Source of the DNA: Wallemia ichthyophaga EXF-994
Lineage: Eukaryota > Fungi > Basidiomycota
Length of the DNA stretch: 32,000 nucleotides
Assembly (NCBI RefSeq): GCF_000400465.1
Contig: NW_008806284.1
Location: 270,001 to 302,000, forward strand
Direction: 5' to 3'
A model generated the notes under the pieces. It made no database searches, had not been told where the DNA came from, and worked only from the letters and a program-made list of their open reading frames with translations. The position numbers and the translations under genes were made by a program. Shown here piece after piece: positions 1-9,316 of this stretch. Position 1 is the first letter of the stretch, and each line of letters starts with the position of its first letter.

Positions 1-2
1 TC

Positions 3-704
3 GCTAGTCTCACCCTTTCAACTGATACTCTTCTCGAAACACTACGAACAAAAGGTATCGAGCATGATCAATTGCTAGATATGCTCGATCTTTCCACCGC
101 GGTTGACAAAGCTAACAGAAAGGTACGTGGAATGCACAAGGCGATTGAAGAAGTATTACGTGAAGAGGAAGATATGGCTGCAATGTACTTGACAGCTAAA
201 CATTTTGGAAAACCACGTAATGAAGGTGAGGATGATGAAGTGGAATTATTATTAGAAGCATATCTCAAGCAATCATCAACACTTTGCTCAGCTGTATCTG
301 CATTAACAACTCGCTTGCAATCAACAAGTCGTCATGTTGATTTGGTTATGGCTGCAACAAGAAATCGACTACTTCACCTAGAAATTCAACTTGCAGTAGT
401 CACAGCAGCTTTAGGATTAGGATCATTCTTTACAGGAATATTTGGAATGAACTTAATGAACCATTTCGAAGAGCATTGGAGTGCTTTTTACATATTCACG
501 GCATTTCTCGCGGTAATAGTAACATCAACAATGAAATATGGTATAAACATATTAAACCATACGCGCTGGTCAAGAATCCAAGCTTCAAAGACAGAAAATG
601 GTCAAGACAGCGGCTATCTCAATGATCTCGTCAGAAGGAACTTTGTCAGCAATCAAAAGCACGTAAGATTAGAGAATGATAGTGATGTAGAGGAAAGTGT
701 ATAA
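3..704 (+). CDS. MRS2: Mitochondrial Mg2+ transporter, CorA/MRS2-LPE10 family (5' partial)
   Basis: Frame is open from nt 3 to TAA at 704. Contains DMAAMYLT, EVELLLEAY, RNRLLHLEI and the CorA GMN signature (GIFGMNL) between two hydrophobic segments. Could be the LPE10/MFM1 paralogue. Confidence 0.85.
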   Translation, partial: ASLTLSTDTLLETLRTKGIEHDQLLDMLDLSTAVDKANRKVRGMHKAIEEVLREEEDMAAMYLTAKHFGKPRNEGEDDEVELLLEAYLKQSSTLCSAVSALTTRLQSTSRHVDLVMAATRNRLLHLEIQLAVVTAALGLGSFFTGIFGMNLMNHFEEHWSAFYIFTAFLAVIVTSTMKYGINILNHTRWSRIQASKTENGQDSGYLNDLVRRNFVSNQKHVRLENDSDVEESV

Positions 705-812
705 TATAAATTAATTTTATGAAATTGAAATAACAATGGATTCTTAATTACATCTAGCTCGTACTCTTTGACTCAGACAACCAACAAAGGCTTAAATTCC
801 AATGAATTGAGT

Positions 813-3442
813 ATGATACGCAATGAAAATCCACGCGTATACGATTTCGTGAAACCCCTTGGCGAAGGATCATTTGCTGAGGTTTACCTCGTTGGATGGA
901 GATCGCCCAAACTCAGGCTAAAAACGGGCGAAGCGGCTCCAATTTCCCAAATGCAAATGTGAGTGTAGCTGATATTAGTGTTTAGCGTACAATTGAATCC
1001 ATGAAAGCAACAACAACCGCCCAGAATACTCGTCGAAGCACCTCGTCGCAATCAAGCGCATGAAAAAGTCATTTAAAGACTGGAACGAATGCGAGAAGCT
1101 TAAAGAGTTGAAGGTGGTTAGAATGCTTGTATATACGCCCATGCTCACCCTACTTACAGTCTTTACTCGCTATCCCTCAACACCCAAACCTTATCCCTCT
1201 ATATGACGCCTTCTTACATCCATCCACAAAGGAGCTCTACTTTGTCTTCGAATCCATGGAAGGTAATCTATATCAACTCACAAAGTCGAGACGTGGAAGA
1301 CCACTTGCTCAAGGTCTTGTTGCTTCTCTTTTCCGCCAAACTATCGCCGGTTTAGCCCATATACACAGCTCGGGCTATTTCCATAGAGATATGAAGCCCG
1401 AAAACCTTCTTATTACCACTACTGGTTTGACAGATTACCCTTCGCTGTCAAATAGCGTCGAGAGAGACGTAACCGTCATCGTTAAGCTTGCTGATTTTGG
1501 TTTAGCTAGGGAGTCTAACAGCAAGCCTCCCTACACTGAGTATGTTAGTACTCGTTGGTACAGAGCTCCTGAAGTTCTTCTTCGTTCAAAAGGCTACGGT
1601 GCTCCTGTTGATCTTTGGGCTTTAGGTACTATTTTAGCTGAAATTGTTAACCTAAAACCCCTTTTTCCCGGTCAGAGTGAGATCGATCAGATTTACAAAA
1701 TCTGTCATATCCTAGGAAGCCCTGCGCCTCATACCATAGCCCATCCCAACACCAACCAACCAATTGGGGGTGGCGATTGGCAGCAGGGTTTGAAGTTGGC
1801 TTCGTCAATTGGTTTCCAATTTCCTAAGGTTTGTGCGCGTCTTTTAAACACACGTTACTAACACCGATCCCAGTTACCCGTTCAGCCACTCGATAATTAC
1901 TTTGATACACAAAGAGTCCCTCACCAATTCATCATACTCATCCAAGACCTTCTGCGTTTTGATCCAAAGAATAGAATAGACAGTATGGGCTGCTTCGAGT
2001 CGGCCTATTACAATGAAGTATGCAATAGAGTCGATGCTACCCATCCGCAGTATATTAGACACCAACACCAACGGAAAGCACCTCCGCCACTTCTTATTCA
2101 ACACCAACCTTACATCCCACAACCCAGCAATTTACCGCCTTTGTCTGCTGAGCTAACAATTGCATCACCCTCATATAGCCATAGCAGTGCAGCTACTTCG
2201 AATCATGGAAAATCTTCATTTTGCTCAGATCCCTCACACAAGAGATACGACTCGTTTGCGAGCTCATCAACCAACAACAGTAATCAATTACATGTCAATA
2301 ATAGCAAATACAGCTTGGATGAGGAACCAAGCTACGATACGAACTCATCTAATGCAACTACACGTGAAAATGCCTTACCTAATTCAATATCAGCTGCTAG
2401 TTTGGATAGCACCCTTAATTTGAATAATGAATCGAGGTCACAAGCGCATGGCAAGTCATCCTCGTTTGAAAGTGTGCAGTCTAGTACATATCCCAGTATG
2501 CACCAGAAACCTAACAAAGCATCAAGATGGCTTGGTATTTTCCCTGGCAGCCATGGTGATTCGAGCAGTACACAACAAGTAGCAGATCTACTTAACCCCA
2601 AAGACGCCAAGAAGGCAGCCAAGGAAGCGGAGAAGAAAAAACGCGAGGAGATGCACAGTATCCACCGTGAGCGAGCACGCGCCGTTCTCACCAAACAGAA
2701 GACGAATGGGAAAGATGTTATTAACGACACTCTCACGAATGTACATCCGCAGCAAGCTTCACAATCTTCGTCTGCATCTCAGTCGAGAAGGCCGTCCTAT
2801 ATGACAACGAACATAACAAATTCAACAAACACGATGCACACTAAACAAAACCACAACACTCACAACCAGAATGTCAACATGCATTTACCAAGATCACCCA
2901 AGCATCTTGATCGATTGTCTTCACCCTTGTCACCACCCATGCCCTTACCCACGTCACGCTCACGCAGTGGCAGCAGATCACATTCAGAGACTGGGTTCAA
3001 AATTTCGGAAGACCTCACATTGGCACGGAGCAAAGCGAGGCGGCGAAATGTGGATGACGATCACTCAATGTCATCTTACTCGTCGCTTCACCTCGATGCT
3101 GACCAGAGAAGCTCGCTTAGTCTCAGTAGACTATCATTTGCCACGGAACACAGCGACCCCGGACCAAATGCTACGCAGAGTGGCTTACGGCGCCAGCCGT
3201 CGCAGCTGTCAGCACGGACGACACAATCTTCGCCACACCTCTCGCACCATCTTTACTCTCCACAACAATCACAATCACAATCATCGCAGGCAAACGATTT
3301 AGCTGAAAGAATAGACAAAACTGACTTGAATATTTCCCACTCTCATTCTATACCTGATCAACACATCAATCCAATCTTCAAGCTACCGCCGTTCTCTCAT
3401 ATCTCTGAACAGGCGGACAAGGGCAGGGAAGACGTCGGGTAG
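813..3442 (+). CDS. IME2: IME2/Crk1/MAK-family Ser/Thr kinase with long disordered C-terminus (~829 aa, 4 exons)
   Basis: Exons 813-958, 1008-1113, 1160-1828, 1874-3442; introns 959-1007, 1114-1159, 1829-1873 (GT..AG, 45-49 nt, total CDS divisible by 3). Motifs LGEGSFAEV, LVAIKRMKK, HRDMKPEN, ADFGLAR and activation loop PYTEYVSTRWYRAPE (TxY, Ime2/MAK type). Start codon is inferred. Confidence 0.88.
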
Positions 3443-3843
3443 CTGTGGTTTTATACCCAATCTTTTGATTTTTGCTCACATGCGCTTATTTGCGATTATA
3501 CACGACATTCGTTCTGTTCTTTTTTTAGTTTATGAATTATTTACTTTTCTCGGTAATTTTCATCATGATCTGTGACAGGTGACAGGTGTCAGCTACGCGT
3601 ATTTGAAGGGAGTAACGAGATTAAAGAGAGCGGATAGAATATATATGTTTCAGTTGTTTGTGGTGTGTGTGGTGGCTTTAAGCAGGGTACCCTCAGGGAA
3701 ATAGCGCGCTCGGATACATTCGCCGCTGCACATAATCGCAAGATATCTCTCAAATAAGATCATCCACGAATTATAAATCAAATCACCACAGCACATTTCA
3801 ATACAATCGTTTGAAATCCTCTTTATACACGACACCTCTGAAT

Positions 3844-5022
3844 ATGAAATCAAGTGTCATCTTAGCTGCAGCGGCAGCAGCAACATTCACTTCAGCATTT
3901 CCTACCAAGCAGAATAGGTCATCGAGCCATTCAACCGAGGATTGCCCTAATGGCTATGCTGTGCGTCCAGAATGGAGCCAGATGTCTAAGCAGCACAGGA
4001 AAGAATACATATCCGCCCTTCAATGCATGATGCAAAAGCCTAGCACGGTGGAAGAAACCAACGTCAGCTCGCACTACGCGGATATTAACTACACGCACCA
4101 ATTCCCAGGCCAGGCTATACACTTTGTTGCGCAGTTCCTTCCTTGGCACAGGCACTACGTCTATACCTACCACCAGGAGCTCAAAGAGTGTGGATATACG
4201 GGTGAGATGCCATTTTGGGCGTGGGATTGGAATGCCGATGATGTCTTCAATTCCAGTGTCTTTGATGCTGATCCGGAATGCGGTCTCGGCACGAATGGTA
4301 CTTTAGCAGAGGAAGGACCATTGAGTGGGTGTAGCTTGTCTGCTGGTATGCCCTTCTAACATTTTTACACAGACGCTTTTGCTGTCACTAACGGTGGCCT
4401 CGCTAACCACACCATTGAGTTTCCTTACAATCATGTCTTCCAGCGCAACCTCCAGACCCTCCCTAAAGGTGCTCCTCAGCCACTTGACCGCTTTATTCAG
4501 CCTGCGGAGGTAGAGAAGGCGCTCTCCTTTGATGTCTACGAATATTTTCATAGATACGTTGAGGGCGCACCTCCTCAGGAACCTCTCAAAGACATCCCAG
4601 GCATGGAAGGCGAGATGGGATTTGCCGGCATGCATGGTGGTATTCATCGCATGATTGGTGGTGACATGGGTGGCATACTCGCTCACATCGAATCTCCAGA
4701 CTGGTGCCCATCATTCACAGCAACCGAGAGCTCCAATGATGGTGCCAACAGTAGTCCACAAGATCCTCTTTTCTTCTTGCACCACGCTAACGTCGACAGG
4801 GTCTGGGCTCAGTGGCAGGACCAGAGCCTCGAAGACAACATGTACGCATTCGGTGGCTGGACATACCACAACTATACCACAGAGAGCGGTGTCGGCAAGG
4901 CTACTCTCAACGACACCATGAGATTTGGCTACCTCACCGATCCTGTACCCGTACACCATGCGATGGACTATAGGAAGGCATACTGCTATGTGTACGCAGA
5001 CAAGGACTACAGGGAGGCGTGA
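3844..5022 (+). CDS. Secreted tyrosinase-like type-3 di-copper centre protein (~376-383 aa, 2 exons)
   Basis: Signal-peptide-like MKSSVILAAAAAATFTSA. CuA YTHQ...IHFVAQFLPWHR (H-x8-H); CuB MHGGIH...DPLFFLHHANVDRVW. One intron ends at 4372 (branch CTAAC 4356-4360) with donor at 4325 or 4346. No C-terminal shielding domain. Confidence 0.88.
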
Positions 5023-5967
5023 ATGAGTTGTTTTAGCTGGCTTCATTTTTAGCGGGACGCTTCTTTAGATTTCATTAGTAGAAAATTTTCATTGGCTGTT
5101 TCATACGCGACCACACTTCATTCGGAGAGGTGTCTAGTTTTTTAATCCCCAATCACTACGAACACTTCTATTACTTTCCAATATATAAACTCAATCTTTT
5201 ACTCAAATGTACAATTATTACTTTGTCTCACCTTCTTTGTTTAACCCTGATTTGAGTCTGCGTTTCCAAATGAATGAAATAGCGAGTGGAAAAAATCAAT
5301 GAGCCCTGCTGATGATTTTGATAGCATCTGAATAGGTACAAACCAATGATTCTCTCGTTGCGATACCTAAAAAGCCAAACAACCTGTGAAGCGGCTGTAC
5401 ACCACTGATGACGTCAGGGTTAGTTTGAGAGATATCATAGCACTTTGAATACTCAGTCTAGCAATTGAGGTGGAGCATAGTAGTTTGAAACTTTGAATGT
5501 AATTTATTCCGCTCAGCTCACCCTGCAAAAAGCCAATTTAGTAGAAGATGAGCTCATACAAGTTTTAAACTGACCAATTTAAACTATTTATCCAGGTAAT
5601 TATGCTCTTGAAATCTCAAGAGCTCTAAAACTGACCTAAACACCTTCATTTGCCCAAAATCCGCCAAATCGGAATTCTCCTCTACCACCTATTTCATCTC
5701 AGATGGTGATTTACGACTTTTGTTAATCTCTAAAGAAAGAGCTTGATAGGTAGCTCTGGGTAAGAGAAATATGATAATGCCAGATTTGGATCCCTGGTGC
5801 TCAAATTGAGCGCCCAGCATGCTGGCCGGAAGCAATGACTCGAAATTGCTCTAGAGCACGCTGTAGGATTGGGTTGGATAAACTTATGCGCTTAGTCAAT
5901 GGAAAAAATTCCTACTTATATAGACCGCAAGTGCTCAAATGTATCAAGTATTCGGCCCTGTAAACGC

Positions 5968-5983
5968 AAAAAAAAAAAAAAAA
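5968..5983. repeat. A16/T16 homopolymer tract
   Basis: 16 consecutive A on the + strand. Confidence 0.95.
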
Positions 5984-8319
5984 GTTCTACGTTGCGTGGT
6001 CTCTACAGGACTCAAACCCGGCACCAGGAAAGAATATTGCCATTTTGCCTCACTTCAAACTCATCAGAAGCGATTAGGCAAAGGAAAGAGGGGGTTAACC
6101 AAACTCTGAAACCGTGGGTTTAGGTCGACCAAATGCATTTTAAAGATTAAGATAATGGGGATGAAGGGATGTTTGAATGTGCGTTGGAAATTTAGAGACC
6201 GGTATAATAGAACTTTATGTTTTTGTGTTCCAAATTAGTCTACCTAAGACACACCAAACTAGTTTTACCATTGCAGAGCGCTACACTGCTCCAGACAATT
6301 ATTTAGTCTTAGACAAGAAGGTATCATTGACTATTTTCATATTTACTCAACTAAACTCATATGCAGCAAAAGCCAAAGTTCCTGTCATCAGGCCGAGCAG
6401 AAGTAGCATTATTCGAGGTTTGCGAGTTGATGCATTGGAATCATCATCGGAATCATTATTCTCTTGGTTATTACTAAGTGTTCCGTTCTCTTGAAAATAG
6501 CCTGTCATATTGTGTTCTTGCAGGAACTGATCTAGATCAGGTTAATTGTCGAACCTTTTTTCCGTCGGTCATTTAGAGATATTCAAGATCGAGCATAATC
6601 ACCTAGTATACACTGGATGACCAAAATCAGTAGTTATGTTCTGTGCGGTATCACATCCTACTATTTTAAGGATTACACGAGGTCGCCAAATAGTCGCTTT
6701 GCTGTATCAAAGGTCTGAAGTATTCAAATAAACATTTTTCGTTAGCTAGATTTGTATATTGGATCAATTGAACGGTTTAATGAGGTTTGTGACTTAATGG
6801 TTTCAAATACTCCAAACGGTATGTAAGTCTCAGTGGATTCAAACTCGTGTCTTACCTGGATCGTATTGGGAGCTTTATTTTTTGATATATCAAATGATTT
6901 AATGCTGTTGAAAGCCAAAGATTTCAATCTAGATAGCGTTCCTGGAAGGCTTGAGAGCTCCACTCATTCACATTGTGCCAAGAATGCCGAAATCGGCACA
7001 AATACCTTAAAAGAGATGTTAGACACTGCTTTTCAGCTTGTTAAACAACTAATACATTTAACAAACTCGTTCAGATTTGACGAAGGACTTACACAGGCTC
7101 GCACACATGAAGTTGGATTTGTGGGAGTGTGTGAGGAGGTGGAAAAATGGCTCATAATTTTATCAAAAAATTGTCTCAAAACTAAAGTTACCCACCACCT
7201 GACCTCAATTAACAAACGTCATCACGGACTCAATTGGTCGATTTTTTAACTGACTCGAGCTTTAAAGGTTGTGAATGCAATCCTTGCATCTATCTCATAG
7301 CTAAGGGAATCTCTCTATATCAGGATTACATCGTTCTGCCATCTCAATGTATCTTTCCTGTTGACCACCGCCACGGAGCGTCAAAGCACGCCAAAATCGC
7401 TTGATATAATGCTAGAAGTTATAGATGGTTTCTCTTAAGCTCCTACAAGCTTGTTAGGAAGCTATGACGACGTACAGCCAAAAAAACATGTTGAGCGTCT
7501 TCTTATTCGCGGCAGTCTTTCACACAATCACGTTGCTTTTATGCTATTACAAATGGTTTTCAGTGGAAAATGGTCAATCAGAGCTAAACTAGTCGACAGC
7601 ATAGTTAGGAAGTACGTGAGGGAAGATGAAGATAATAGGGAGGACAAAGAGTACTATATTCGTAACTTCTTTCTTCATTGCCCGTTATGCCTTCTCAGTT
7701 ATAGTCATTTACTTTAAAAAGAATATCCTTTCCTTCGATTTGAAAACTTATGGGGACGTGAAGATAAGACATTTAATAGGAGGTTTCGCTTTTGTTGGAG
7801 CATTATATCGCATCGTGAAGAATCGGACTAGGAAAAATGACCAACAGCTACCCATGATACACCTTTAAAAGATCGACGACTCACATCAACAGCCTGAAAC
7901 TTGTCTTTCTGCGCGGCGCTACAGCATTTGAAACATTCTGCTAGACATATTGAAGGTACGATATAAGGCTCAAGTGTTATGAAAGCGCTTCGATAGCCAA
8001 GACAATAGGAATACACGGGATTGCGATAACATAATAAATATTTCAAGTAAGAAAATCAGAACAAATTTAAAAATATTCAAACTTCTTCACCTTCAAGCAC
8101 CTGTTCTACGTGCTTACACTATTAATACGCTATCGAAAGGGTGAAATGTGTACAAAAGGCATATTACTTTTTTTTCAATCTGTGAAATGCGTACTGTTTG
8201 CTTAAACATAGAAAATGACTAATAATGCATCTTGTCAGCCAGTCCGAATCTGTGCTGACGATTGCTGTTATTTTTGAGAGAACCAAAGTGGCATATAAAA
8301 ATGCAAAAATGTTGCAAGT

Positions 8320-8339
8320 TAGATAGATAGATAGATAGA
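8320..8339. repeat. (TAGA)5 microsatellite
   Basis: Five perfect TAGA units read directly. Confidence 0.9.
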
Positions 8340-9048
8340 AATCATAATATATAGTCAAAAGCGTTAAAACGATTGATTATCTTCGCCTATCTATACTTCT
8401 TGTGCATTGAAAGCTGAAGATTGTAGTGACTCAAAGGGAAGCGGTTCTTGGCACGAGTGCCGTAAATTGGGAGGCAGCTACGTGGAGCTACTGGAGGCGC
8501 GTGTGTGGATACTGAGCTGGTTTTTGAAGAATTCGTAGAGAGTTTTATTTTTTGTCAAGGACTTATTTCATCAAATATTGACCTGTCTATGTTGTTTGCA
8601 ATTGAACGATCGCCTAAAGAACCACCTGACTGTCGCTATGAATAAAGACTACTGGCTGTGAAGGAAGCAAAATATGTGGCAAAACCGTAAATATGTGCTT
8701 AAACTATGCCTCATTTGATATAACTTCAATAATTTAAATCATTATCAATCCTTATGAGGATGTGCCCCTACCTTCTTAGGTAATACAGCGGGCAAGATGC
8801 AGGAACAGGTAACATGACATCATGGTCGCTATGAGAACAATGAGAATAAAGAACAATGAAGATTATGTATGCATGATTATGCACGAGGACAATGAAGATA
8901 ACGAAACAATGGGAATAAAACCTAGAATTCTAAACTATTTAAACGACTACTTTTTCTTTTGATACATTTCAGACTGAATTCTTTTATTAATCTCAGCGCC
9001 TTGCTTTTTGTGTGGACTTTAACCTCACAAAGGTCAATTTGTTCACAA

Positions 9049-9120
9049 TCCTTGTTAGTATATCGGTTAGTACGCCCGCTTGTCACGCGGGAGAGCTGGG
9101 TTCAACTCCCAGACAGGGAG
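9049..9120 (+). tRNA. tRNA-Asp (anticodon GTC), intronless
   Basis: Acceptor stem TCCTTGT/ACAGGGA plus discriminator G. Anticodon arm CCCGC-TTGTCAC-GCGGG. T arm CTGGG-TTCAACT-CCCAG. 72 nt. Confidence 0.97.
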
Positions 9121-9122
9121 AA

Positions 9123-9131
9123 TTTTTTTTT
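9123..9131 (+). terminator. RNA polymerase III T-run terminator of tRNA-Asp
   Basis: T9 starting 2 nt after the tRNA 3' end. Confidence 0.85.
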
Positions 9132-9316
9132 GACGCTTCTTTTGCAAAGCGTCATTTCAATGAAATTAAATTAGAGGGAATTGCAGAAGTTTTGATGTAA
9201 TAGTAAATGGTAGGTTTAGGATAGAGGTGACGCGCAGGATAAAGCCTTTATAGCGAACAGCCATCATCGATAGAAAATAGAGATAAGGGAGATTGAGTGG
9301 GATTAAAATAAAAGAG

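Noticed and set aside
5336-5417. 82-nt GT..AG segment with AATGATT and CTGA, like an intronic C/D snoRNA
   Set aside because: C box is degenerate, the branch point is weak, and I could not match either guide to rRNA or snRNA. snoscan would settle it.
5414-5423. Minus-strand CTAACCCTGA resembling a telomerase RNA template
   Set aside because: Mismatch to CTAACCCTAA, telomere repeat of this organism unknown to me, and no recognisable pseudoknot or CR4/5-like element.
6527-6540. 14-bp perfect palindrome CTGATCTAGATCAG
   Set aside because: One such palindrome in several kb is not far from chance, and it has no associated feature.
6851-6859. CTTACCTGG resembling the U1 snRNA 5' end
   Set aside because: No U1 stem-loops, loop II ATTGCAC or Sm site follow. 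It is equally just a minus-strand donor-like sequence.
5023-9048. Transposon or LTR element
   Set aside because: No RT, integrase or transposase motifs, no LTR pair and no convincing target-site duplication seen.
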